64,000 bases of DNA from the human T2T-CHM13v2.0 reference genome, Homo sapiens, in assembly GCF_009914755.1 (NCBI RefSeq), contig NC_060931.1, one strand, 5' to 3'. Both the position numbers and the translations under genes were made by a program. Under the pieces are notes generated by a model, which worked only from the letters and a program-made list of their open reading frames with translations, ran no database searches and was not told the origin of the DNA. Below are positions 1 to 13,195 of the stretch, piece by piece (within the stretch, counting starts at the first letter, position 1; each line of letters starts with the position of its first letter).

Positions 1-24
1 GGAGGTGCCACTCCCCGTTCTTAG

Positions 25-392
25 GCAGGGGCAGGGGGGTGCGTGGGTGTGTGTGGTCGTGCAGGGGTATGTAGGGGTGTGTCGGGGGGTGTCTGTGGGT
101 GTGTAAATGTAGGTTGGTGTTTGTTGGTGTGTAGGTGTGTGCTGATGTGAGTGGGTGTTTGAGGTGTTGCCTGCAGGTAAGCACACCTGGCCGTCCCGTC
201 GAGATTAGGCCCTTGTGTCTGTGGGTGTGTAGGTGTGTGTTGTGTGTAGTGTAGGGTGTGGTGTGTGTAGGTGTGTATGGGTATGTACATGACTGTGTGT
301 GGGGTGTGTGCTGATGTGTGTGGGTGTATACGTGTGTGTCCAGGTAAGCACACCTGGCCGTCCCTTCTAGGGGTCAGGCCCTTGGGTCTGTG
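25..392 (+). repeat. GT-rich low-complexity region with a 167-bp spaced duplication
   Basis: (GT)n-like tracts; caggtaagcacacctggccgtccc occurs at 174 and 341. Confidence 0.8.
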
Positions 393-577
393 GTCAGCAT
401 GGAGAGATCTACCCCAGTACTCAACCCTGAATATCAGGCAGAGAATCCATCAGCCAGGCGAGAGCTTCACTGCAGAAAACTCAAACTTCCCAGGCAGAGT
501 GGGACCCCTGGACCATGCCCAGAGGACCCGGATTGCAGCCAAGAGCCCTCGTCCGCACAGGAGAAGAAGGGGCGTGA

Positions 578-697
<120 letters not shown>

Positions 698-1044
698 TAA
701 GTGCCGAGGCCTGTGGGCTGGGGCGTGAGGAGCTGGAGCTGCAGGCGAGCAGGCGCCGGGCTTCTGCTGGGGATGGCCGTGTCTCCTCCCAGGGTGTTTT
801 GGGGAGACTGTGGGTGACCACTCTCAACTCTCCCCGTCATGGCAAACGAGCAACAGAGGTGGCCTCATTTTCTCTCCTCTCCCACGGCCTCCCCACCTCC
901 TCCCTTTTTATAGGACGGAAAACCTACTGCTGGTTATTCTTACCCTGTGAGAATGAGCATTTGTATTTTAAACAAGTAACCTGGAATGTGAACACCAAAG
1001 AATGCCTCTCTGGAAGAGGTGACGTCCGCACCTTCCCAGCAGGC

Positions 1045-1258
1045 CTCCGGAGCCCGCACACCTTTGCTACAAAGGGCCGGACGCAGCTATTTCAGGCTTT
1101 GCAGGTGTATGGTCTCTCCCTACTATTCAGCGGGTGGTCCTAGCCCCAAAGCAGCCAGACGCAGTACGTGGTGATGGGGGAGGCTGAGTTCTAATAAGTC
1201 TTCATTTATGCAACAAAATGGGCTGGATGTGGTCCAGTGGACAGTGTGCCCTGATCTG
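1045..1258 (+). mobile_element. MER58-like hAT-Charlie DNA transposon fossil
   Basis: aaagggccgg...ttcaggctttgcagg...aaagcagccagac...gggctggatgtggtcc resembles the MER58A consensus as recalled. Confidence 0.55.
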
Positions 1259-2814
1259 GATAAAATAGAAACTGTGTCAGTCACCAAAACCGATAACACA
1301 GCGCTCCGTGGCACGCGACAGCTCGTGGTGAGGGGTGTGTGGACACCTGGCCACCCCAGGAAGGCTGCTGGGCTGGGTGGGGTCTGTGGCAGGCGTCCCA
1401 CAGGAAGGGGCCAGCGGCCTGTCAGCTCACTAGATCTTGGCCATCTGGCCTGATTTCCAACTTTCTAGAGAAGCCAGAAATATGGATTTTTTTTTCCTGT
1501 TTTAATCTTGGTGGTAACTAATTCAGAAGCTCTTCATATACTTTGCAGGTAAAACAAAATATAGCTGCCTGCTTGCAAGTTGTGGCTGGAGGCAGATGTT
1601 TGCAGCTGGGCTCGGTTTCTGGGCCTCTCATTTCTCTGGACAGATGTCCTGGAGGGACTCGACCGAGGGAGGTGGCCCTGCCCCGGTCTTCCCCCAAGAC
1701 CCACGAGTCCTGCCTCAGACCCGGGGCTGCCGGGAGCCGGTGGATGAGTCACAGCCCCGTGCCTGAGCCCGGGCCGAGGGCATCCCCGCTCACACGCTCA
1801 CACAGGGCCGGGGAGCAGCCGTTCACCAAAATTACACGGAGGCCATCAGAGCTCAGGGCCTGGGGCTGAGGGCTGCTACCAGGGGTGGGATGAACGCACG
1901 GGAGCTGATCCGCTGCCCCCACGGGTCTCACGGCCCAGCCCTGCGGGGGGCCTGAGATCACAAGCACTTCCTTCCCCGTTTCTGTGCGTGGATGTGAAAC
2001 TCAGCCTCCTTGGGCCTCTCGTGGCCTCTGCCCCGGTTGAGGAGGCTCAGCCAGGAGAGATGGCGTCGCCCGGAGACCTGAGGGTCTCCTGGGTTACGTG
2101 AAGGAGCTGTTTGAAGACCCCTCCTTTCAGGATGCTGTGGTGTGGAGCCGGGGGTGGGCAGGAGACAAATGAGCCTGGGCAGCTTCCCCTGGTGCTGCGT
2201 GGACCCTTCCGCTGGCAGTAATGGGAGTGGAATAGTCGCTGAATGGCGGCGTCTTCATCTCCCTTGAGCTGGCTTCGAGCCGCGGGCACGGCTGGGGGAG
2301 GCAGACTCCTGCCTCCCACCTGTGGGAGCATTTTTCAGCCTCGCAAATGTTTCCAGGTTCATTCAGGAGCATCCCCTGGAGGGGTGGCCCCGTCACGCCG
2401 AGCTACGGGACCTTGAGTGCTGTGTCCCATCCGCAGAGAGCAGAGTGTTCCTGGGCGCCAGCTTGTCCGGCCCCTATTTCATGGTCCGTGTGAATCCTCA
2501 GGCCCCGTTTCTCATCTCTGAGGAGGTGGAAAGTGCAGCTGTGGTTGGAGAACGGTGACATTTACCGAGCCGCTGCTCTAACCCAGGCCCTGCGGGAACC
2601 GGCGTCTCGTGGGCACTCGGTAGCTGTGGGCCCGGCCTGTGCTTGGGGTTTATATACAGAAGCCTTTATGTTTGTCCATCCTCACATAGCCCTGTGAGTT
2701 ATAGGAGGTGACGCTTACCGCTGCGTAAAGACGAGAGAACTGGGGTTTAGAGAAGGAAAGTAGAGACCCTCCTGGACCAGGATCCAGTGTCCCCTTAAGC
2801 CCAGGGTGCGCGAC

Positions 2815-3172
2815 CTACCCTCCGCCTCCCCCAGCCTTCTCCCTTCCTCCTCCCCCGTCAGCCTCCCCGGGCCTCCTCCCAGCCTCCGCCAACCTCCCCC
2901 AACCTCCCTCAGCCTCCTCCAACCTCCCTCAGCCTCCCCTCGGACCTTCCCATGCCTTCCCTGGACCTCCCCCCAGCCTCCTCCACCCTCCCAGCCTTTT
3001 CTGAGCCTCCCCTTAGACATCTCCCAGCCTCCTCCCAGCCTCCCCACAACCTCCCGAAACCTCCCCCAGACCTCCCCCAGCCTCTTCCAACCTCCCGGCC
3101 TGCCCCCAACCTTCCACCTCACCTCCTCCACCTCTTCCTCCCCAGGCCTCCCCAAACCTCCCCAGCCCCCCA
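2815..3172. repeat. C-rich (CCTCCC-like) low-complexity tract
   Basis: Degenerate cctccc/cagcctcc reiterations; G-rich on the minus strand. Confidence 0.8.
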
Positions 3173-3899
3173 CCGTGATGGGCACCCCACGTCCCCAGCG
3201 TGGCCACATGAGGGGCTGACCTTAGAGGTCAGGGGACCTCCCATGGTCCTGCAGCGGGCAGAGGTGGCGCCAGGCTCCAGAGCCCCCTCCCTAGGACCCG
3301 TTTGTCAGGGCCCTGCCATCCCAGCTTGCCTGAAGGCCGAGGCTGCTGACGGATGGGCTGGGCAGGGCTGTGCTGTCACCCAGGGAGGCCAGTGTGACGC
3401 GTGGGCTAAGCGGGGAGGTGGGGGCCGGGTTACAGCATAGCCAGGAAACAGGCCTGAGAAGCCTGCTGCAGTTGGGGAAACTGAGGCCCGGAAAGGGAAA
3501 GGATACGTCCAAGGCCGTGGCGTCCAGAGGCTGGTCCGGGACTCCGTCTTCCCACAGGGCACGTGGCGGGCGGAGGCAGGGACCCCACACCTCAGGCGGG
3601 CGGGCGTGTGCGAACCTTTTGCAAACCTCCCAGCTCGGTCCTCTCACCGCCGCCCCCCAGGTCAGGTTAGGGCGTTGGCTGGTGCCCGACCCTCCTTTGC
3701 AAACCAGGGGGCCTGGATCTGTCATTGATGGAGGTCCTGCAGCCAGTGGCGCCCCTGATGACCTATGGGGGCTGTGCCCAGGGCCTGGGGGATGATCGTT
3801 TCTTCTTCCGCAGAGGCTGTGGTTTGCATACGAAAGCAGCTGTGGTTCATGACCATAGCATTAATGAGTTAAAATCCATGATTAATAGTTCTCTTTAAA

Positions 3900-4198
<299 letters not shown>

Positions 4199-4782
4199 TT
4201 AGTAAAGGACTTTGCTCTCTGCGCTCATCACGGCTCGGTGAGTTCCTAGTACAACGTCGTGAATTAGAGAGCACAGTGTTTCTCCTCCGAGGTGCTAGAT
4301 GTGCGGTGAGAGGGTGTAGGTGAGGGGCCGGCGGTGAGGTGGGGGCCAGCCTGGGGTGCTGCACAGCGTGTGGGGGGCGGGATCACCAGGGGAAGTTTTA
4401 GGGTCTCCGTTTCTAATAGTCGCTGAAAAGCACGTAGCCGGCACATCAACCCAAGCGCTCCTGGGTGCTTTTGCTTTAGGGTTACGTTAAGATATTTACG
4501 TTCTTTTTTTAAAGTCAGCTTTATTGAGATATAATTCACAAGCCATGCGATTCACCCACTTAAAGTGTGCAGCCTGGGGGCTTTCGGCTCAGAACTGTGC
4601 GTTCATCACCGCAGTTGATTTTAGCCCGTTTTCCGTGACTCCACAGAGAAATCCTTCGCCATTCTGTCATCACTCCTCAACCCCCTTGTCCGCCTCCAGC
4701 CCCCGTCAAGCACTAGCCTACTTTCTGCTTCTTGATATTCATAAGTTACTTATTCTGGATTTTCATACAAATGGAATCACGC

Positions 4783-5190
4783 ACTGCGTAGTCCTTTGTG
4801 AGTGACACGTTTCCAAGGCTCTGGAGTCCTGCAGTGTGTAGTCCTTTGTGAGTGACATGGAGGGCTGTGGAGTCCTGCAGTGTGTGGTCCTTTGTGAGTG
4901 ACATGGACGGCTGTGGAGTTGTGCAGTGTGTAGTCCTTTGTGAGTGACATGGAGGGCTGTGGAGTTGTGCAGTGTGTAGTTCTTTGTGAGTGACATGGAG
5001 GGCTCTGGAATCCTGCAGTGTGTGGTCCTTTGTGAGTGACACGTTTCCAAGGCTCTGGAGTCCTGCAGTGTGTAGTCCTTTGTGAGTGACATGGAGGGCT
5101 CTGGAGTTGTCCACTGCGTAGTCCTTTGTGAGTGACACGTTTCTGAGGCTCTGGAGTCCGGCATTGCATAGTCCTTTGTGACTGACACGT
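4783..5190. repeat. Minisatellite of 46/50-bp units, about 9 copies
   Basis: gtagtcctttgtgagtgacac/tg...ggagtcctgcagtgt reiterated. Confidence 0.9.
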
Positions 5191-5762
5191 GGTTCCAACG
5201 CTCATCGGTGCTGCAGCACGCATAGGTGCCTCCCTGTTTTTCATGGCTAAGTAATATTCCAAGGTGTGGCTGTTCATTCTTTCCTCTGTTGACGGGCATT
5301 TGAGTTGTTTCCGCTTTTGACAATCAAGGATAATGTTGCTTTGAGCAACCGTGTATGAGGTTTTGCAGGGCAGGTATTTTCAGCTCTCTTGGATGTATTC
5401 TGGGGAGCAGTTGCCGGATCACGTGATAACTGCGTTTAACTGTTTGAGGAACTGACTGTCCGTTTTCTGCAGCGGCTGCACCATTGTGTAACCCTGCGAG
5501 CTCGTTCCCGGGTTCCAGTTTCTCCACCTCCTCGTCAGCGTGTGCTGTTGTCTGGCTTTTTGATGACGGCCGTCCCGGTGGGGGTGGAGGGGGGTTTTGT
5601 GGTGGTTTTGACTTGCACGTCCCGGTGACTAATATTGGAGTGTCTTTCCATGTGGGCACGGGCCATTGACGTGTCTTCTTTAAAGAAATGTCTATTCAGA
5701 GCTTTTGCCATTTTGTTCAGTTGGGGTATTTGTCTTTTTGTTACTAAGTTTTAAGACGTCTT

Positions 5763-6057
<295 letters not shown>

Positions 6058-6944
6058 TCTTTACATGTTCTAAATACAAGACCTTTACCACATATGTGGT
6101 ATCATGTGAAGGACAAGCTTAATTTTAGGACGTCCAATTTAGTTACTTTTGTTATTCTCGTGCTTTTGGTGTAATTACGTTTGAATGCTGAAAGCACGTG
6201 TGTTAGGTGAAGAGTGGTGCGGGAGGCGGTACCTGCACTTGGCACGGTCAGCGGAACGGTGCGGCTTTAGGAAACACCACGTAGCCACAGAGCGACGGGC
6301 CTGGCGTAGCCACTGTTGCTGTTTGACCTGACTGAGTGCCCTCACTTCCTGGAACTCAGCGTACCCATCTGTCAACAAGGGCGTTGGAAGAAGAGGTCTC
6401 AGGCGCTTGCAGGGCTGAACCCTTTTGACCTGGCCTAGGAGACCCGGCACTGGCTTTCCAGCTTGGAGAAGTGGGGGACTGAGCATGGGTTTGAGTCCGG
6501 TGGACGCACCAAGCAGGCTGTTGGCTACAAATTCCATCTTGCATCTTGGAAAGAAGCTTCCAGGCATGCGGCGGCTGCCCACGACACTGGCTGTGACCAC
6601 CTCCAGGTAGAAATATTCATTTAGTCATTCCACAAACTCGGAGTGCCGGGCCTGGCCTCCCGCCAGGCACTGGGAACACAGACGTGACTCAGACTCGAAG
6701 CCTGAAGGTGGTCTGACCTCTGGACGTGGGGAGGCCCAGCCACAGGTGCTGCCTAAACACTCCTCGTCACTACACTCTCCTATGCTCCACGGGAGACAGG
6801 CAGCTACGTGTGTCCAGTCTCCCAAAGTGGCCCAGGAGGACAGGGCGTGGTTAACAGTGGGAGTTATGTACAGAGTGAAAGAGAAATGTACAAAAGAGGC
6901 GGAGTGAGCGAGTGAGCACCGTACCACAGAGTTTAGAGGCTCCA

Positions 6945-8275
6945 GCTGGGGGGGGAGCAGGGCCCCTGGTGTATGGAGAGGATGGAGCTGGGTGGGGGGA
7001 GCAGGGCCCCTGGTGTATGGAGAGGATGGGGCTGGGTGGGGGGAGCAGGGCCTGTGGTGTATGGAGAGGATGGGGCTGGGTGGGGAGCAGGGCCCGTGGT
7101 GTATGGAGAGGATGGGGCTGGGGGAGGGGAGCAGGGCCCCTGGTGTATGGAGAGGATGGAGCTGGGTGGGGGGAGCAGGGCCCCTGGTGTATGGAGAGGA
7201 TGGAGCTGGGTGGGGGGAGCAGGGCCCCTGGTGTATGGAGAGGATGGGGCTGGGTGGGGGGAGCAGGGCCCGTGGTGTATGGAGAGGATGGGGCTGGGTG
7301 GGGGGAGCAGGGCCCCTGGTGTATGGAGAGGATGGGGCTGGGTGGGGGGAGCAGGGCCCGTGGTGTATGGAGAGGATGGGGCTGGGTGGGGGGAGCAGGG
7401 CCCCTGGTGTATGGAGAGGATGGAGCTGGGTGGGGGGAGCAGGGCCTGTGGTGTATGGAGAGGATGGGGCTGGGTGGGGAGCAGGGCCCGTGGTGTATGG
7501 AGAGGATGGGGCTGGGGGAGGGGAGCAGGGCCCCTGGTGTATGGAGAGGATGGGGCTGGGTGGGGGGAGCAGGGCCCCTGGTGTATGGAGAGGATGGGGC
7601 TGGGTGGGGAGCAGGGCCCCTGGTGTATGGAGAGGATGGAGCTGGGTGGGGGGAGCAGGGCCTGTGGTGTATGGAGAGGATGGGGCTGGGTGGGGAGCAG
7701 GGCCCGTGGTGTATGGAGAGGATGGGGCTGGGGGAGGGGAGCAGGGCCCGTGGTGTATGGAGAGGATGGGGCTGGGGGAGGGGAGCAGGGCCCCTGGTGT
7801 ATGGAGAGGATGGAGCTGGGTGGGGGGAGCAGGGCCCCTGGTGTATGGAGAGGATGGGGCTGGGTGGGGGGAGCAGGGCCCCTGGTGTATGGAGAGGATG
7901 GAGCTGGGTGGGGGGAGCAGGGCCCCTGGTGTATGGAGAGGATGGGGCTGGGTGGGGAGCAGGGCCCCTGGTGTATGGAGAGGATGGGGCTGGGTGGGGG
8001 GAGCAGGGCCCCTGGTGTATGGAGAGGATGGGGCTGGGTGGGGGGAGCAGGGCCCCTGGTGTATGGAGAGGATGGGGCTGGGTGGGGGGAGCAGGGCCCG
8101 TGGTGTATGGAGAGGATGGGGCTGGGTGGGGGGAGCAGGGCCCCTGGTGTATGGAGAGGATGGGGCTGGGTGGGGAGCAGGGCCCCTGGTGTATGGAGAG
8201 GATGGGGCTGGGTGGGGGGAGCAGGGCCCGTGGTGTATGGAGAGGATGGGGCTGGGTGGGGAGCAGGGCCTCTGG
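6945..8275. repeat. G-rich 44-bp (42-bp variant) minisatellite, about 30 copies
   Basis: Unit gagcagggcccctggtgtatggagaggatggggctgggtggggg; starts at 6955 and 6999 give period 44. Confidence 0.97.
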
Positions 8276-8409
8276 TGGTAGATTCCCAGCCTGTGGGGTG
8301 ACATCTCACTGAGGAAAGGCCAGCTGGGAGCCCTGGTCCTTGATGCTGGCCGGGGAATCTTTTCTCCAGAGATGCCTGCCCTCCCTGCTCTTTCCAGCCT
8401 GGGAGTTTC

Positions 8410-8530
8410 TGTGTGTGTGTGTATGAGTGTGTGTGAGTGTGTGTGAGTGTGTGTGAGTGTGTGTGTGAGAGACAGAGTGTGTGTGAGTGTGTGTGTGTGT
8501 GTGAGACAGAGTGTGTGTGTGTGTGTGTGT
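8410..8530. repeat. (TG)n/(TGAG) compound microsatellite
   Basis: Seen directly in the sequence. Confidence 0.9.
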
Positions 8531-9190
8531 CCGTCTACGTCTCCCAAAGAGACTGTCTGCAAACAGCTGTCCCAAGGCCCAGGAACTCCTCCCAGCCAAG
8601 ACACATGAACAGAGGCAGTTGCAGAAGGGCTTGCGGGGCTGACACAGTATTTCTAGATGCAGAAACTTTAGCCCTCCTTCCGGGCTCTGACAACACATGG
8701 CCCGCTGGGGCCTGTCTCCGGGCAGCAGAGCTTGAGCAGTGACGAGGAATTAAAGGCAGGAGCGGGGGCCCACCCTGAACGGCCTCATCCCAAGCAGCAT
8801 CGTACTGGCGTGAAGAGGCCCTGTGTCCTGTCTGACTGGCTTCCTATGACCCAGGCACAGCTCCGGGGCCACAGCCAGATGCCTCCTCTACCGAGCGAAG
8901 GGGCCCAAGAGGAGGATGGCCGTCAGCGGCCCCCCAGGGGTGAGCAGGTGCAGCTCAGACAAACCTTTCCCAGGTGCCCTGGGGCTGCTGACCCCCCGAG
9001 GCCTGTGGGGGAGGCGGACACAGCTTTGGCCTCGGACTTGCAGCTGTGTGGGGCCTTCTGCGGGACCTGTGTGCAGTGGGGGTGTTATTGGGGTCGAGGC
9101 TTGCCCAGGCCCCTCCTGGGGTCATCATCCCTGGCTCCTGTTGCTTTCTCTAGGTTGTGACATGGTGGTCACAGACTGGCTGTGGGTGAG

Positions 9191-9274
9191 CTCCAGCCCC
9201 TCCCGGGTGCCCCCCTTTAGGGTAGAGCTGCACTCCAGCCCCTCCCGGGTGCCCCCCTTTAGGGTAGAGCTGCA
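9191..9274. repeat. 42-bp tandem duplication
   Basis: ctccagcccctcccgggtgcccccctttagggtagagctgca x2. Confidence 0.9.
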
Positions 9275-10590
9275 TTTGGCTGTTTGTGCATCAAGGGGGT
9301 AACATGCACCTGGACCTGGGGGAATTTCAGGGCCATCCTGGGGGGCGGTGCTGAGATGGTGGCCTCGGGCTTGGCTTGAGGTTAGGTGTGTCCCTAGAAT
9401 GCACTGGATGGCAGACAGCTGCCTGGTGCAGGGCGGCCCTAGAGAGGTGCCGGCTTTCCCTGAAGCGGCTTCTGAGGCCTTTCTCGCACCCGTGCCTAGG
9501 GCCAGGCAGAGGTGCCCTGAGGGTTCTCTGCAGTCCCACGTGGCCACGTCCAGAGAGGGCAAAACAGATGCAATATTAATAAGAAAGACGGGAGAACAAT
9601 GACCCGGGGCCCGCGCGTCACTGCAAAGCTTTCCATTTGTACGAGGAGAGGACTGAGAGGTTCGATGAGCGCCTGGCTGGGGCTGGCCGTAACGGCCACC
9701 CTCAGAGGAAGAGGGGCCTGGCTGATGGTGGTGCACGTCGGCTGGGAGAGGAGGTGCAGCTGCTCTTTAATTGATGTTCTATTGATGTTCCTGTTCGATA
9801 AGCTACCTGGGGTCCTGTACAGTGGGCCGAGGGCTGCCCGTCCCCGTCGGCCCCGGGATGCTTTGTTAGCAGGACGTGTGAGGCCAGGAGTGGTGGGGTA
9901 GGGGTTGGACGCTCAGGCCTGCTGCCTGTGGGCTGGCTCTCGAACTTCCCCGGGCCTCAGCCTCCTCGTCTGTGAAACGGGGTCACACGAGCTGCCAGGC
10001 AGGCCACAGCGTTCACCCGGCAGCTCAAGCCCAGCCACAACCACACTGGCTGCTTTTCTCAATGAAGCAAAGTATTTAGGTGTTCACCACGTGGCTGTGG
10101 GGCCTTTCCGGCAGCTCCTCGCCCTGCAGGCCTGGGCTCAGCACTTCCTGGCAGCCGGGGCCCCTTTCCGGTGCTCCCGTCCTGGAGGGTCCCTCCGTGT
10201 GTCCTGCGGGGCCTCCGTCCAGTGCCGCGCTGCGTGCTGCCTCCTCAGTTCACCCGCACTGACCCTCGGGTGTGGCCCCTCTGACGGGACTGCACGACCT
10301 GCTCAATGTCCTGGTAAGCTCGTGGCCCAGCCGGGGAGCTGAAGGGAGGCCGGGACGCCAAGCTCCAAGCCTGGTCAGAGGGAGGGCGGGGCAGGGTCTG
10401 AGTGACAAGTGTGTGGGCATCGTTGTGCGGCCTCACCACCGCTCTGACGCCTCCTGGCTCTCTGGACATGACCCGTGTCCACCACGTGGCCCAGCCGAGG
10501 ACAGGGCTGGTCACTCCTCCATCCCAGGGCTCACTCAGCCAATGCTTATTGATTAGTATAGACTGGGAAACCGAGGTGGGAGAGGTGACA

Positions 10591-10815
10591 GGAGCTGACA
10601 CAGGCCCAGGACGCACAGATCACTCCCGTCCGGCCGGGAGCTGACACGGGCCCAGGACGCACAGATCACTCCGGTCCGGCCGGGAGCTGACACGGGCCCA
10701 GGATGCACAGATCACTCCCGTCCGGCCGGGAGCTGACACGGGCCCAGGACGCACAGATCACTCCCGTCCGGCCGGGAGCTGACACGGGCCCAGGACGGAC
10801 AGATCACTCTGGTCC
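10591..10815. repeat. 46-bp minisatellite, about 5 copies
   Basis: ggagctgacacgggcccaggacgcacagatcactcccgtccggccg reiterated. Confidence 0.92.
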
Positions 10816-11180
10816 AGCCCAAACCCAGTGGCATGGACGGGACTTGCTCAGAACCTGTTAGTGGCTCAGACAGGACATAAAGTGAGGGTTCCCCAGTGCT
10901 CCCCACCGCACAGAGGCTGGCCCCTCCTGGGGTCGTCACCATGGGTGGTGGTGGTGTTTGGAGGCACGGTTGCCTTCTGCGGTTCTTGTCCCTTCTCCGT
11001 GATGCAGGAAGCCAGGCTCCACCTGGGGCGAGGTTTGAGGGGAGCATGTGACTTTGTTGTCCAGGGCTGGGCAGGTGAACAGGTGGAGAATGGGGGGAGG
11101 GGCTGGGGTCGCTGCATGAACCCCACCGTGAATGTGCACAGTCCGTGCTTGCTGAGTGCATGGATGAAAAGTGAAGGACA

Positions 11181-11309
11181 CCCAGCCCAGGACAGCAACG
11201 CCCAGCCCAGGACAGCAACGCCCAGCCCAGGACAGCAATGGCCAGCCCAGGACAGCAACGCCCAGCCCAGGACAGCAATGGCCAGCCCGGGACAGCAACG
11301 CCCAGCCAG
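11181..11309. repeat. 20-bp minisatellite, about 6.5 copies
   Basis: cccagcccaggacagcaacg reiterated. Confidence 0.92.
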
Positions 11310-12748
11310 GGCTGTCGGCGGGGTCTGAGGGAGGCGCGTTCCCTCTCAGAGTGGGGGCTTGGCTTCGAATCCGGTACCTGAAGCAGCAGGAGGTGCCTCG
11401 GCTGTGGCTGTGCAGACGCCTCCTGGGGCCTTGGCTGAAGGCCTTGGGAGCCACAGGAAAAGCAATTCTGGCCAAGAGGACTGTCCAGCAGTCAGCCCAG
11501 GGTGTCCTGCAGAGACTCCTGGGTGAATCCTGCCAGGCAGGGACCTGGCCTCCAGGGCCGGGGTAAGGACGGGGAGGGCAGGGGAGCTGGGCTCACACTG
11601 GCTCTTCTCCTAGAGCCCATGAACTAAGGCTCGGGGAAACAAAATGGTTTTGAGGACCAGTGAGGGATCGGTTTGGAATTTCGAAGGATTTTCTGTTCTG
11701 CTGATAAAAATTCATGTTTCTCTCCACTGTGGCCTCACCGGTTCCAAAGGCAAACAGATTGCCCAATGGGCTGGGTGGGTGTGGACCCAGCAGAGGCCTG
11801 GGCCTGACCAGACCTGGACAAGGACCCCTTTGTGTCCACACTGGGTGTGGGCCGGCCTCCAAGCCCGCTCCTCACCCTGGGTCTGGCTGGGCAAAGCTGC
11901 CTGGCACTCAGGAGCTCCTGCTGACTCCCTGGGGGAAGCCAAGCCAAGGCCCCTTGCAGGAAGGTTGATCCACCTCATTGGAAGCTGCCGGGACCCCCAC
12001 ATGCTGCCCTCGCTGTGGTGGGGTCCCTGTGCCCAGAGCTGCTGGCTCCTGGCATGGAAGTGGCCTCCTGGGTCCTGCCTGAGAGCCTGTCCCTTTTAAA
12101 CTCAGGAAATTAGGCCCTTGAGCAGAGGCCAAGTCCATTCTCCTCTCACCCCTGCCCTGCCCAGCAGAGTCGCTGGGCCCACCCACTGGGCGCCTGCTGT
12201 GGCTGGGGATGCTGCTCACGCAGGTTCCCACCTCAAGTGGAGCTTAAATTCCCGGGGGGCGTGGTCAACGCACATGTGAACAAATACGCAGGAACGTTTC
12301 AGAGAGGGGTGATGCGTGGAGGGACTGAAACGAAGGAGCATGGCAGAGACGGGCTTGGTGAAGGGGGCGTTGTTCCACTGACCTTCTGGGGTCTCTCCCA
12401 CAAACTGAGTTAAGCATGACCTCTGTGTAGGCACCGCCTGGGGAAGTCCTAGGAGGCGGCGTTGGAGCTGAGACCTGAATGGCATGGTCGGCAGCAGGGG
12501 GCGGTCTGGAGAGGAACATTCCTGCAAGGGCCTGTGCTGGCCACGTGTGCAGGGGAGAGAGGCCGGAGGGAGGGCGGGACCCGTGCACACAGGAAGCTCC
12601 ACGTGGTGGGCAGGTCATCTGGTGCTCGAGCATAGGAGGCCTGGGGCGGTCAGCTGCATTTTCCCTGGGCACCCAGCCGTCACGCCCTGGGGAGCAAGGA
12701 CAGGAGGCCTCCCATGCCTGAGAAGTGAGAGCCTGGATGGTGGGCCCA

Positions 12749-13195
12749 GGGCACAGGGCGGAGCCTCGTCTCTAGCAGGGCAGGGGGCTGCAGGAGCCGT
12801 TCTTAGCATCTGGGCACAGGGTGGAGCCTCGTCTCCAGCAGGGCAGGGGGCTGCAGGAGCCGTCCTTAGCATCTGGGCACAGGGCGGAGCCTCGTCTCCA
12901 GCAGGGCAGGGGGCTGCAGGAGCCGTTCTTAGCATCTGGGCACAGGGCGGAGCCTCGTCTCCAGCAGGGCAGGGGGCTGCAGGAGCCGTTCTTAGCATCT
13001 GGGCACAGGGCGGAGCCTCGTCTCCAGCAGGGCAGGGGGCTGCAGGAGCCGTTCTTAGCATCTGGGCACAGGGCGGAGCCTCGTCTCCAGCAGGGCAGGG
13101 GGCTGCAGGAGCCGTTCTTAGCATCTGGGCACAGGGCGGAGCCTCGTCTCCAGCAGGGCAGGGGGCTGCAGGAGCCGTTCTTAGCATCTGGGCAC
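12749..13195. repeat. 63-bp minisatellite, 7 copies
   Basis: gggcacagggcggagcctcgtctccagcagggcagggggctgcaggagccgttcttagcatct; starts at 12749 and 12812. Confidence 0.95.

Noticed and set aside
6625-8604. Long ORFs of 430-660 aa on both strands
   Set aside because: They are translations of the 44-bp VNTR; open frames come from a stop-free unit, with no splice or domain support.
12749-13195. CTCF motif in the 63-bp VNTR (ccagcagggcagggggc)
   Set aside because: The core is split by extra bases and fits much worse than the 53-bp array.
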